Positions 10,401 through 19,986 of a stretch of 64,000 nt of DNA are shown here, one piece after another. Source of the stretch: a virus. A model generated the notes under the pieces. The model worked only from the letters and a program-made list of their open reading frames with translations. It had not been told where the DNA came from and ran no database searches. The first letter of the stretch is position 1. Each line of letters opens with the position of its first letter. The stretch spans positions 16,545 through 80,544 of the IMG/VR virus record IMGVR_UViG_3300025065_000001. The stretch is one strand, 5' to 3'. Both the position numbers and the translations under genes were made by a program.

Positions 10401-12732
10401 CATTAACCCCCAAGAGGCCGGTGCTTATGGTCGTGCACAAGAGGCACGCACGCAAACACAAGCATTGCAAAGCCAGTTATTCAATATCCTAAACCAATCC
10501 CCGCAAGAACTAGATTCTCTCATGGCGCAATTTGGCTTATCGGGTGATGCACGGGATAAAGCCGAAGAGTATATAAACAACCTTGCTCAAGAAATGCTTA
10601 ACCGAGCGAACACGTTACTGGAAGTGGAGAACAACCAGAAACAATACGATTCGTTAGACCCGAGTATCAAAGAGGAAGAGCGAAAGATTGCCCAAGTGGT
10701 AATTAAAAACCGTCGCGAACTGTTGAATGATATCGCTGAGACCAGCGAGGAAATCAATGCGTTAACAGAGAAAAACAAAGACTACGAGACCAGTGACTAC
10801 TTAGGCACATTCAAGGACATAAACACACTGGTTCGTGATCAGATAAAAGCCTTGCTCGAAGATGAGAAAGAGGCCATTGCGGAATTGGAAGCGCAAGGGG
10901 TTTCTAACCCTAGACTTGTGCTTCAAGAGCAAGGTTATTACCAAGCTGCAGGGGAAGCGAGAGGTAAGCTTGAGCGCTCTCTACAATCGGCTGCGAAAGA
11001 TGCAAGGCCGGATGCTAATTTATATTACCCCGCACGACTGGCTGAGTTAGATAAAGAGCTGGATGTACTGCGTGATCAACTTCGCCAAGTTACAGACCGA
11101 GAAACTTCAGATGAAATAAAAACTAAGCTCAAAGAGCTTAATCTCGAGCGAGAACGTGTGGCCAATGAGCAAGATACGCTTTTCGCGGCCATTGATGGTA
11201 ACTCTCCTGTTTCTGTTGCCCAGCGAGACAGAGAGCTCAATGCTCGGGTTACCTTGGGCAACCAAGAATTCGATACGATACAAGCCAAGACTTTTGCCCG
11301 TAGTCGTTTAGAACGTTCCATTGGTCAACAACAAGACCTAGACGTCCGCGATTTTAAATTGCTTGGGGATGATGATGAGTTATCGCGCCTCTTAACGGAT
11401 GTTATCGGAACCGAGCGCGGTGAGATAAACAATGCCTTGGCCAAAGCACGACAAGAAGCTGAAAAACTTCGAACCCAAGCGGAAGATACCCGCTATGAGG
11501 CCCAGCGCTATATTGATATCTCAAACAACGAAGGTTACACCGACGAAACCCGAGAGCGTGCTGCGGGTATTGCTAATGATATTGAGAGCCAAGCAGTACA
11601 ACTTGAGAAAGAGGCTATCGCTTTAGAAGAACAAGCCGTTCGACAAGCGAAAGAAGCCTTAACTGAGTTTGCTAATTATCTGCAAGAAACCATTATTGAT
11701 AACCCCGCGCTAACGGATGGCCGCTCAAAAGCTAAAACAAGGAAGTCAGTTGAAGATCTTGAGACACAAAATATTGGGTTGGACGCTAATCTCGAAGACC
11801 TGTCACAAGCCTCTAAGGAAGCGGATAGAGGCCTACGTGAATTTAGAGACCAGATGGGAGACACGATACGCAAGATAAATCAGAGTATTTATGAAAGCGA
11901 CCAATTCCGTAGAACCCAAGCCGCGATTTATGGCACTAAATATTCACCTCTAGGGGAGCAAGGTGTTGATGAAACCTACGGTGGGCAGGGAGGCAAAGGT
12001 GTAGCTTCTCAGTTCGCAAACGCTGGCTCTTATATCGTTGATGAAGTCAATAATAGTTACGAAAACTTTGACGTCTTGACCCAAATGACCTTAGAAGCTA
12101 CGGACGCGGCCAAAGGTTTAGGGGATGCGTTTGGTGCAACGTTCGCGGATATTATAACGGGTGCGGCGGAGGGAGAGGACGCCTTTAGAGCCTTAGGTGC
12201 GACTGTACTGACGGAAATGGCCAATATCGCGACCCGCGCTCTCGCCAACCAAATGATCTCGTCAATATTCTCTGGTCTAGGCCTAATGGGTGGCGGCGGA
12301 GGTTTAGGTAGTTTATTCGGTGGAGCCGGAGCGATGTTTACCGGCGGCCCAGTAATAGCCGGTAGCTATAAGACTGGGGGATTAATTACCAGTGGAATGT
12401 CTACTCGAGATTCAACCTACGCCAAAGTAAGCAGAGGGGAATTTGTATTACGTAAAGCTGCGGTAGATGCCCTGGGTTTAGAGACAGTTAAGGCTTTAAA
12501 TTCTGCCGACCCCAGCAGCGTTTCAGATAAAGAAATGATGACAAGTAGCGCAGCCCAGTCTATGTCTACAACAAACAGTAAAGATTCAGGAACCGTAAAC
12601 GTTTATGTAGTAAGCGAGAAACAGTTACCTCCGATGGGGCCAAATGACGTAAAAGCAGTAATTGGAGACGATATCGCCCGAGACGGTGAACTTGCTTCAC
12701 TAATCGCATCTGTAGCAATGAGGACTAAGTAA
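7411..12732 (+). CDS. Tape measure protein
   Basis: 1773 aa, helical; TP901-type core (TKFTATDVADAAITLGQAG...GIRAGSTLGTGLR). Confidence 0.92.
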   Translation: MAGSTASNTIRNTLLNFTVDPKSKKVIEELTREFEKLERVTQAASQQLQANIKAIKDTPQGRSELAQNAKNEVNTQRKILSENQKNARALLDQIALTLGKGLNPQQQQQLVKGLNQAFGEITGRFTKQAQAQAKKQAKDLADYYDLQFRKNPTVPKGSQLYKSRVNALNESELRTGIQRQKLLRSGAQSALNDAIRLGDVSLEKKAQSALKKLESGLVAAEARLKKFTEASKKAEVAQDTQARTVRRTLKSYNDDEFRLNPTVAKGQKVKASQISTLNRTQLEDAIARNKVYENAARKALKSSLAPETRNKTLENNAGKALRELEESTKLAKARLKEFADAAAEAKRAEKAAQKAQRPSTQVTEQQRVARRIEQIRQSQTNQRLDGGAQLFRNQGQLLRNYAVMGAGVGGLATSATFSTELDRQFKQLQSIVNLTNEEMEELSKNLIDVSEKTKFTATDVADAAITLGQAGLGQNDIQNAIEGVTLFATAVGSDLKSAVDLATSTLGVFNKDSSQMTNIVDKMTTAVNSSKLNLDKLALGLQYSGNLAAQSNVTFEETVSALGAMANSGIRAGSTLGTGLRQIIISLQKPSESFTEIVHNLGLSMSDLDITTHGLIPVMKTLAESGFTVRDAMESMEVRAASAYGAFANNISVAEDLSEQMRIGGSAARANDTQMEALANQLDRLGSISKSIVYESMEPLLDTITKLTEKTADFLSVVRDLGPILSALAVPASILGGVLATRSVLRLGAGLLGGVDMLTGGKGKGSTISRLAKVATGRGLGTAAGFAARAIPGVGLATAVGTAGVYGYQYLDGRARANDRVDSTQAALNRGTSETKVYEDQLKKVGSAIDTLILKQNDLTNNESLQREIRRLNDEFRQQGLYIDDSIDSYDKLITKMKEFEDATRDGVGYLQTQNRNNFVDNSEAKLNELFSIGFFDSSERRLLAQEKGTDVSVGSGKTATQRGRFASRGNVYRSLIDTALPNFGDDLASINELIRNINPQEAGAYGRAQEARTQTQALQSQLFNILNQSPQELDSLMAQFGLSGDARDKAEEYINNLAQEMLNRANTLLEVENNQKQYDSLDPSIKEEERKIAQVVIKNRRELLNDIAETSEEINALTEKNKDYETSDYLGTFKDINTLVRDQIKALLEDEKEAIAELEAQGVSNPRLVLQEQGYYQAAGEARGKLERSLQSAAKDARPDANLYYPARLAELDKELDVLRDQLRQVTDRETSDEIKTKLKELNLERERVANEQDTLFAAIDGNSPVSVAQRDRELNARVTLGNQEFDTIQAKTFARSRLERSIGQQQDLDVRDFKLLGDDDELSRLLTDVIGTERGEINNALAKARQEAEKLRTQAEDTRYEAQRYIDISNNEGYTDETRERAAGIANDIESQAVQLEKEAIALEEQAVRQAKEALTEFANYLQETIIDNPALTDGRSKAKTRKSVEDLETQNIGLDANLEDLSQASKEADRGLREFRDQMGDTIRKINQSIYESDQFRRTQAAIYGTKYSPLGEQGVDETYGGQGGKGVASQFANAGSYIVDEVNNSYENFDVLTQMTLEATDAAKGLGDAFGATFADIITGAAEGEDAFRALGATVLTEMANIATRALANQMISSIFSGLGLMGGGGGLGSLFGGAGAMFTGGPVIAGSYKTGGLITSGMSTRDSTYAKVSRGEFVLRKAAVDALGLETVKALNSADPSSVSDKEMMTSSAAQSMSTTNSKDSGTVNVYVVSEKQLPPMGPNDVKAVIGDDIARDGELASLIASVAMRTK

Positions 12733-13118
12733 TGTCGTTGGAACAATTTAATTTTATTTACCATAAGGTCTCTCACCGCTATAGGGACCGGTCAACTAAA
12801 CTCTCATTAGGTAATCAATGGGATTATGTAACTAAACCTACAGCGCCCGTTAGTCGGATATTCACACTTAAATATTCAGTAATGAAATATTTTGAAAATC
12901 CCCAGCTTCTAGGGCCAAAGGAAAGACGTTATAGTGCAGATCATTTGGATGAGTTTTACCAACGTCACGAAACATGGAAAGAATTCCTTTTCCAACATCA
13001 TAAGTTTGGTAATGTTGTTGTTCGATTTGACCAAGCGCTAGAGTTACCAGAAGGGATTACTGGCGGAGACGGGGCGATAGAACCCTTTACGGTAGTGTTG
13101 CGTGAGGTAGCACTTTAA
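12732..13118 (+). CDS. Distal tail protein (lambda M-like)
   Basis: Follows the tape measure gene; 128 aa. Confidence 0.55.
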   Translation: MSLEQFNFIYHKVSHRYRDRSTKLSLGNQWDYVTKPTAPVSRIFTLKYSVMKYFENPQLLGPKERRYSADHLDEFYQRHETWKEFLFQHHKFGNVVVRFDQALELPEGITGGDGAIEPFTVVLREVAL

Positions 13119-13155
13119 TTAATAAAATATTTATTAATTAATTTAAACAATATTA

Positions 13156-13184
13156 TTGACAATAAAATTGTGTGTCCGTAATAT
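13156..13184 (+). promoter_or_regulatory. Sigma70-type promoter
   Basis: TTGACA (13156-61), 17-bp spacer, TAATAT (13179-84). An AT-only palindrome lies upstream at 13115-13141. Confidence 0.75.
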
Positions 13185-13190
13185 TGACCT

Positions 13191-13269
13191 CGGTTAGTAG
13201 TCCAAGTGGCTCCTAATTATCGTCAATTTCCAAATCAACGCCTCAGCCTTGCTGGGGTGTTCTGTTTTT
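13191..13269 (+). ncRNA. Putative trans-acting antisense sRNA (~80 nt)
   Basis: Lies between promoter and terminator; contains ATCGTCAATTTCCAAAT, the reverse complement of the start-associated box of 27 genes. Confidence 0.7.
13237..13269 (+). terminator. Intrinsic terminator of the putative sRNA
   Basis: AACGCCTCAGC-CTT-GCTGGGGTGTT, an 11-bp stem with 2 G.U pairs (valid only on the + strand), then CTGTTTTT. Confidence 0.7.
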
Positions 13270-13338
13270 GGGCGTTTGAAAAATATTCAATCTATTCCTC
13301 TTTTCGGTATACTAAGCGAAAATTGAGGGAAATTGACG

Positions 13339-13827
13339 ATGAAAGAACTTTCACAAGAAATTCAGTCTCAACGGCATTCGCTGACCCCTGAAGACTTAAC
13401 CACCTATCTAGAACTCATTATCGAAGACCCTGATGGTCAGCCGGTTATCATTCGTCTTACGGATAGAGAAACCCGTGAGTGGAAAGGTACCACATGGGTG
13501 CATTCTCCTTTTAAAGTGACTGGGGTTGGAAACAAATCCAGCGGTGAGAAAAATCGTCCTAGTTTATCCCTCCCCAATGAAGGGGGGCTTTATAGTTACT
13601 ACTTGAACCAAGGTCTTTTAGAGGACTCCGTGGTAACCCGTTATAAAGCTCTCCCGCATGAGAAGGGGGGAACCCTCACTTCCAAACACGTATTTTATGT
13701 TTCACATGCCAGTAATATCAGTGCCTCTATCCTAACTCTTCAGTTGCGAAGGCTTTCTGACGGTAACAAAACAAAATTCCCACCCCGCAGATATGTGCAG
13801 CCAGAGTTTAGAACGGTAATCGTATGA
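13339..13827 (+). CDS. Minor tail protein (lambda L-like)
   Basis: Position; WKGTTW...PFKVTG...RPSLSLPN pattern. Confidence 0.6.
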   Translation: MKELSQEIQSQRHSLTPEDLTTYLELIIEDPDGQPVIIRLTDRETREWKGTTWVHSPFKVTGVGNKSSGEKNRPSLSLPNEGGLYSYYLNQGLLEDSVVTRYKALPHEKGGTLTSKHVFYVSHASNISASILTLQLRRLSDGNKTKFPPRRYVQPEFRTVIV

Positions 13828-14321
13828 TCAAAGAATTAAATACCTTTTGCGGCCATGTGTATGAACAAGGCATTCAGGATTGTTATACCTTGGTTCGCGA
13901 TTTCTACAAGGTCCGTTACCAGATGGACCTTACTAATTACGCTAGACCTAACAACTGGATTCTCGACCCTAATTTAGATTTCTTTACCAACCTATTCCAG
14001 CGTGAAGGTTTTGAAGATACCAATAATTGCCCTCACAAAGTTAGGTTCGGCGATGTATTGATGATGCGAATTGTTGGAAGTGAAGTCGTAAACCACGTAG
14101 CAATTTATGTTGGCCGACAGAAAATACTTCACCACTTACAAGGCCGCGTAAGCGAAATCGTTGACTATGACGATAAATGGCGTTTCCGTGTGGTTCGTGT
14201 TGTAAGACACCCAGAAATTGAGAAAACGACGGATGCTGTAGCCCTTCACAATCTGCATAAAGGTTTACCCATTCACCTACGTGCAAAATTACGGAGTGCG
14301 AATAGTGAAAAAGTTGAGTAA
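13824..14321 (+). CDS. NlpC/P60 tail tip protein (lambda K C-terminal-like)
   Basis: QDCYTLVRDFY and NHVAIYVG...ILHH motifs. Confidence 0.8.
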   Translation: MIKELNTFCGHVYEQGIQDCYTLVRDFYKVRYQMDLTNYARPNNWILDPNLDFFTNLFQREGFEDTNNCPHKVRFGDVLMMRIVGSEVVNHVAIYVGRQKILHHLQGRVSEIVDYDDKWRFRVVRVVRHPEIEKTTDAVALHNLHKGLPIHLRAKLRSANSEKVE

Positions 14322-14640
14322 TTTGTGGAATGACACGGCTGAGCGCTGTGGCTTTATTCTTAAGTCCGGTGAAATTGTTGAGGTAGATAATATTGCCGAG
14401 GACCCTAAGAATGAATTTGAGGTCTCCGAGGCAGACTTTGAAAAGTATTATGCCAATGCCGTAGCGTCTTGGCATTCTCATACGGATGATTTCTCCAATC
14501 TAAGTTTATCTGATTATTATACATTCCTGTCTCTACCGGAGTGGGATCATTGGATAGTGTCTAAATACAAATCGGTAAAATTCTCCGTGAAATCCGAATG
14601 TGTAATTTTAGAAGAGGTAGTACCCCATGGTGACGATTAA
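14305..14640 (+). CDS. JAB/MPN-domain tail protein (lambda K N-terminal-like)
   Basis: ERCGFIL...WHSH...LSLSD motif; GTG start after GGAG. Confidence 0.75.
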   Translation: MKKLSNLWNDTAERCGFILKSGEIVEVDNIAEDPKNEFEVSEADFEKYYANAVASWHSHTDDFSNLSLSDYYTFLSLPEWDHWIVSKYKSVKFSVKSECVILEEVVPHGDD

Positions 14641-15391
14641 GTTGGTTGGGTTTAGCAATGCTATCCCTAAAGTTATTAAGACCGTTGCGGCAAATTATAG
14701 AGAGGCCCTTGAAGCACTGAAGCTACAAGAGGCTTTTAACCCTCGCAAGGCTAAAGTTAGATATGTCTGTGAAGTCGAAGGGCTTAATTCCACCTTGGAC
14801 TTAGACGAGCCGGTTATGGATGGGGTTATGACGTTACGCCGCAAGCAAACACTTAAGACACTTAAGGGCTTTCAGGGTAGTGGTGGTAACAACGGCTGGG
14901 TAAAAATAGTTGTTGGTATAATCTTGATCACCGTGGCGATATTAGCACCGCCGGTAGCCGCAGGGTTCGCGGCCTTAGGTTCGGCGGGTATGGTAAGCAT
15001 AAACCTTCTCGTGGCTAACTTAGGTTTAGCGCTTATTGTAGGCGGGTTAGCCCAAGAGCTGATGCCCACACCAGAGAATAATACTTCGGATGAAACGAGT
15101 AATACCGCTACCTCATACCCCAACACCATACGTTCAGGTACCCCCGTGGCGATGATTTTTGGGCGCCATAGATTCGGTGGCCATCTATTTCAGTTCAATA
15201 TTGAAAGTGTTGGTAGGTCGTCAGCAGATATTCGAAATTTTACTAACGTTGTTTGGGATGAAGTTAGTGACAACAGACGAGATTCTTGGTCTACTCTATA
15301 CTTCAATAGTGAGTCTCAAGAAGTAGGCCAAACTACTTCGACCCCCCGAGGGCGCGAGACTGATGGTATAAGAGCAACACAAGTTTTTTAA
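14627..15391 (+). CDS. Tail assembly protein (lambda I-like)
   Basis: GSGG followed by hydrophobic segments; NTIRSGTPVAMIFGRHRFGG. Confidence 0.75.
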   Translation: MVTIKLVGFSNAIPKVIKTVAANYREALEALKLQEAFNPRKAKVRYVCEVEGLNSTLDLDEPVMDGVMTLRRKQTLKTLKGFQGSGGNNGWVKIVVGIILITVAILAPPVAAGFAALGSAGMVSINLLVANLGLALIVGGLAQELMPTPENNTSDETSNTATSYPNTIRSGTPVAMIFGRHRFGGHLFQFNIESVGRSSADIRNFTNVVWDEVSDNRRDSWSTLYFNSESQEVGQTTSTPRGRETDGIRATQVF

Positions 15392-15423
15392 AATCTGGCT
15401 AAATTGACGATATTGGGGCTTCC

Positions 15424-18400
15424 GTGACGCATAACACGTTCAAGGGCCGCGGAGGGGGTAGTGGACCCTCGAATGACGCGGACAACCTATTTTCTACAGA
15501 CGCATTTGAGTTTGTCCTTGGGATATCCGAAGGGCCGATAGGCGGCGTTGTGGGAGATACCCCCGAAGAAAAGCTTCGCAATATCTTTATCGACGACACC
15601 CCAGTCTTTAACAGCCTCAATCAAACAAACTTTGATAACGCCAGCTTAATGCTGCGTTTCGAGCAAGGTACCTTAATTTCAGCTAAGGACGACCCCGAAG
15701 AAGGGCAGACCCCTATTTGGTTTGGTCTGGGTGGCCAGAACGTCATTCAGCAAGTGTCGGCAAACCTAGCATATCAGGCTCCAATAACTAGAGTTACTGT
15801 ACCCACTGTAGCGGGATTTGACGAAATTGAATTGCGGTTCACCGTGTCTCAGTTAGTCAAATATACGGATGATGGCTCTAAAAGGCATAGTGCGAATTTC
15901 AGAATCCAATACAAGAACCTATTGGATGATAACTGGAATACAAAAACTATGACCATTTCAGGTAAAACCACGGTTAGTCCTTTTGTGAAAGTTCACAATA
16001 TACGGATGGCCAGAACCAAGCCTGAAGACCAGTTTGAAATTAAAGTTACTCGTCTTACTGAAGATTCTAATGAGGAAGAAGTAGCGGCGATATCTTGGAC
16101 CAGTTATGAACTACTTACCAAATCTGGGGATGCCTACACCGACAATGGGGTTGAATATAGCGACCCCGATTTAGAGTACCACCCTGGACTTGCGATGATG
16201 CACGTTGTGGGTGTTCTCGGCCAGCAGCTCACCAGTATCCCTAACGTAAGCGCGAATTACGATGGTATTAAGTGTTCAGTTCCTTCGAACTATGACCCAA
16301 AGACTAAAACCTATGAAGAAAGCTCAGCATGGGATGGGCAATTTAAAGCTGAAAAGTCTACTACGGATAATCCTTTTTGGATTGCACACGAGCTGGTTAC
16401 TAATCCAGTGTGGGGTATTGTCAAAGCCAATCCACGGGTAAAGATAAATCGCTATAACGTCTATCGAATGGCGAAATATGCGGACGGTTATGACCTTCAA
16501 ACCAACGAAAAGAACTTAACTAATCCGATTACAGGTCAGGAGAAAGCCCCGCGCTACGCCTTCAATGCCGTATTAACTGAGCCTCAAAATGGTTGGGACG
16601 TTCTTCGTTATGTTTTAGGTAGTGCTTTCGCTAGGCCTATTGAAGAAGACTCGGGCGAAATAAAGTTTATCGCGGATTTGCCGGATCTTCCTGTTGCGTG
16701 GGTTACTCCTGAAATGTGCGTGGCCGAGACCGATGGCTCCCCGTTTTCTTATAATTTCTCTGCCTTATCTGAGCGTCACAATGCGGTGACTTCCAGTTAT
16801 ATCGACGCATCTTTGGACTACCAACAACAGTACGTTGCTGAGATACGTGATGAAGACTCCATTCTAAAATACGGGCTAAACACACATGAGTTTGATGCTA
16901 AAGGCGCGACTGATGTGTGGGAAGTGAAACGACGAATGACGTTTTACATATCATCCGTAACGACTGAAGTTAGAACGGTTTCGTTCTCTGCCCCTCAACT
17001 GGGGATGGAGTTTGAACCGATGGATATTATTAACATCGTAGATCCTGAAACAGGCCATGCCTATTCTGGTAGGGCTGTGAAGTTAGAGAGCAAGGCTGTC
17101 ACACTTCGAGACCCTGTGTATTTTGATGAAGGCGGCACCTATAACGTAAAAGTTATGGGTAAGTACGAGAATTTTGACTTCACTATCGATGTGCTGTCTT
17201 CGGATGTTGGCCGACCTATTTACCGGCTAAAACTAAAACAGCCAATGCCAGAGCTTACACTTTTTAATAAGTATGCACCGGTTGTTGTTTCGGCATCTAA
17301 GAATGGTCAGCTTATAGGTCTACCTAAGCCTTGGCGCATCATAAGTGTTACTGAAAACGACAGCGTACCCGAGCTCTACGATTTCTTTTGTCAGGAAGTA
17401 AACCTAAACAAGCATGGTGACGCTGACAACCTAATTATTTCTGAAGCTCCTAAATACTCGTTTCTTCTGAGACCACAAGTTCGCAAGGTTAAGAACCTTC
17501 GCGTTTTGGATGAAGAGCATATTCAGGTTCGTGGAGTAGAGCAGATAAACCTTTGGATTGGTTGGGAGCTAGAGGCCCCTTTACCGCCAGGGGGTTATTT
17601 TGAAGTTCGTATTACAGAACAATCGGTTAATGGCCGAGAGTACACCACGAAAACCAACAACCTTTATTTCGAGATTCAGAACGTAAAATTAGGCGATATC
17701 CAAATTGAGGTACGTAGTGCCCAAGGGGACAACGCTAGTCCATGGACCGTTCTGCAATGGTCTACAACTATGGTATCCGCTGAAGATTTGAGAGACGCGG
17801 GTATCACCCCAGAAATCACTATTCGCTATGAGAACTATGCCCTAACTATTGATAGTAAAGTAATGTTTGACTTTGGCTCTACAGAAGTTAACCGCGTTAA
17901 CTTACTTGAGACAAATGGTGTGTTGGGTATTCAGTTTAAGATATACGACGATGTGGACCCAGATAACCGCGTACACCTTTTGACCAAGACCGCAAAGTCT
18001 TCGCTAATTATCCCTAAAAGCGAGTTCGAGGTTGCTGTTGAAGGTAAGGAACTGCCTTCTGATTTATATATTACAGCACGCGTTGTGGATCTTGTCGGAG
18101 GCTTTTACCCCGACCTATTCCAAAGCCCTCTAGCATTCCAAGTAAGTAACCCCGCGCAAGAGATAACGAACTTAAGCTATCAATACGTTTTCTCTGATGA
18201 AGACCCGCATTTGGTAACGTGGGATGATAACAACTATGGGTATGAAATCACGCTTTATAAGCCGGATGGCCAGAGCGAGATTTCTAGTTACAAGATATAT
18301 GACAGTAGCCAAGTATTCGGGTTCTTACGAGCAGCCGAAGGTTATGTCGTAAAAGTTAAGGGTTTTACTAATACACTTAGCTACGGCAAGCCTAAGACGA

Positions 18401-19986
18401 TAACGTTCACGGTTACCGCACCACCAACCCCACCAGAAGAACCTACTATCACTAACGAAGGCGGCATTATCACGCTTACGCCTCCGAAAGTTGATAAGAC
18501 TTCTAGTTACTATGAGTTCAAATACCATAGCGAGAATGTGATCACGGAAGCGACGGACTACTCGAACGGAAGTACGATCACTCTTTATTCCTCTGCAGAA
18601 GGTCAAGTCTTCCATATTTGGTACCGCTTAGCCTCTAAAGAAGGTTTTGGCGCATGGGTACGTAAAGAGATTACGGCAACAGAAGCCTTCCAAGTAGACC
18701 TTGGGAGTGTTGTAAATGAGGTGCTTAACTACGAGGGCCCAGATTGGGGTAAATCCCTAAGCGACAGCATCACACAGATGCTTGCGGATATGACTATCTG
18801 GGATGAGAGAACCACAGCGTTAGGTGATACCTATGAGAACCTAATCCTAACTCAGTCAAGTCTTGACGATGCCAATAAGATTAACTCCCTCGATATTATG
18901 GCGCTAAGGGGTAAGGTCGGAGATAAAACCGTTCAGACCCAAATTGTCGAAAATAATATCGTCCAGATTGGCTATGAAGATGATGAAGGTAATTGGGTCA
19001 TGGGTGCACCATTGGCCCGTGCTTTCACTGAGCTAAAAATCAAAAATCTAGATGGTGATTCCGTCTCGGTAGTCAGCTACATGCAAGCGTTAGAAAACGC
19101 TATGGGTAACCTAGAAGCAACCTTTACCCTCGGTGTAGTTGATGAAGAACAAACGTTTACAGGTTTAGAGATTACAGGGGGCAGCGGGGTCAGCGCGATT
19201 AAGCTTTATATGGATAACCTAACGTTCGCCAATAAAGCCGGAAAAGACTTTTTTACCTACGACTCTGCTTCTCAGAAGCTCGTAATGACTGCGGATGTTG
19301 AGGTTAGAGGAACGTTAGTTTCAACCCGAAAAATTACGGTTACACCAAATGTTATGGAGATTGAAGACCCTAATGGCTTTGGTCCAGATAATCTTTGGAT
19401 ATGGAAAGGTACCCCAATTCTCAACGGTTCTGACCCTAATTACAGTGCCCTTACAAAACAGAACGCATCCCTAGGCTGGCGAGACCTTAACGGTAACGAA
19501 TATTTCGGTGGTTCTGTGACTACCGGCCAGTTGATAAATGGGGGGGATAGTACCTTATTGTCTCTCAACCCTTCGGTTGAAGTCGGTCCATTTACTACTA
19601 ATGGTAACCCTAAATTGGTGAGCTGTAGCTTAAACTGGCGCGGGACTTACTCATGGGACGAAGCGTGCCCAACTAATCAAGGGTTTGTTCCTGAAGCAAC
19701 GATCATTTTAGAGCGTAGTTTAGGGGGTGGGGGGTGGTCAGAGCTTCAACGCCAAGTCTTGACAGGGACAGTCACATACCGCGAGTTTGATGATCCTGAA
19801 CACGGCGTTACAACCTGTACCATGGCTGAAGTTTCTGGGGGCTCATTTACCTTCACAGATACTAGCACCTCCCTTGCAACATTCACTTATAGGCTACGAG
19901 TGACAAACCAGCAGCGTGCATTACTACAACAATTTATAGACTTACAGCGTTTGAGTCTCGTTAGTGTAGAAGAGAGACCCGCCTAA
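15424..19986 (+). CDS. Central tail fibre/tip attachment protein (lambda J-like)
   Basis: ISEGPIGG and WDGQFK...TDNPFW motifs, FN3-like region; 1520 aa. Confidence 0.88.
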   Translation: MTHNTFKGRGGGSGPSNDADNLFSTDAFEFVLGISEGPIGGVVGDTPEEKLRNIFIDDTPVFNSLNQTNFDNASLMLRFEQGTLISAKDDPEEGQTPIWFGLGGQNVIQQVSANLAYQAPITRVTVPTVAGFDEIELRFTVSQLVKYTDDGSKRHSANFRIQYKNLLDDNWNTKTMTISGKTTVSPFVKVHNIRMARTKPEDQFEIKVTRLTEDSNEEEVAAISWTSYELLTKSGDAYTDNGVEYSDPDLEYHPGLAMMHVVGVLGQQLTSIPNVSANYDGIKCSVPSNYDPKTKTYEESSAWDGQFKAEKSTTDNPFWIAHELVTNPVWGIVKANPRVKINRYNVYRMAKYADGYDLQTNEKNLTNPITGQEKAPRYAFNAVLTEPQNGWDVLRYVLGSAFARPIEEDSGEIKFIADLPDLPVAWVTPEMCVAETDGSPFSYNFSALSERHNAVTSSYIDASLDYQQQYVAEIRDEDSILKYGLNTHEFDAKGATDVWEVKRRMTFYISSVTTEVRTVSFSAPQLGMEFEPMDIINIVDPETGHAYSGRAVKLESKAVTLRDPVYFDEGGTYNVKVMGKYENFDFTIDVLSSDVGRPIYRLKLKQPMPELTLFNKYAPVVVSASKNGQLIGLPKPWRIISVTENDSVPELYDFFCQEVNLNKHGDADNLIISEAPKYSFLLRPQVRKVKNLRVLDEEHIQVRGVEQINLWIGWELEAPLPPGGYFEVRITEQSVNGREYTTKTNNLYFEIQNVKLGDIQIEVRSAQGDNASPWTVLQWSTTMVSAEDLRDAGITPEITIRYENYALTIDSKVMFDFGSTEVNRVNLLETNGVLGIQFKIYDDVDPDNRVHLLTKTAKSSLIIPKSEFEVAVEGKELPSDLYITARVVDLVGGFYPDLFQSPLAFQVSNPAQEITNLSYQYVFSDEDPHLVTWDDNNYGYEITLYKPDGQSEISSYKIYDSSQVFGFLRAAEGYVVKVKGFTNTLSYGKPKTITFTVTAPPTPPEEPTITNEGGIITLTPPKVDKTSSYYEFKYHSENVITEATDYSNGSTITLYSSAEGQVFHIWYRLASKEGFGAWVRKEITATEAFQVDLGSVVNEVLNYEGPDWGKSLSDSITQMLADMTIWDERTTALGDTYENLILTQSSLDDANKINSLDIMALRGKVGDKTVQTQIVENNIVQIGYEDDEGNWVMGAPLARAFTELKIKNLDGDSVSVVSYMQALENAMGNLEATFTLGVVDEEQTFTGLEITGGSGVSAIKLYMDNLTFANKAGKDFFTYDSASQKLVMTADVEVRGTLVSTRKITVTPNVMEIEDPNGFGPDNLWIWKGTPILNGSDPNYSALTKQNASLGWRDLNGNEYFGGSVTTGQLINGGDSTLLSLNPSVEVGPFTTNGNPKLVSCSLNWRGTYSWDEACPTNQGFVPEATIILERSLGGGGWSELQRQVLTGTVTYREFDDPEHGVTTCTMAEVSGGSFTFTDTSTSLATFTYRLRVTNQQRALLQQFIDLQRLSLVSVEERPA

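Noticed and set aside
13206-13391. 61-aa ORF over the sRNA locus
   Set aside because: GTG start without an SD, runs through a terminator and overlaps gene L out of frame; the non-coding reading explains the region better.
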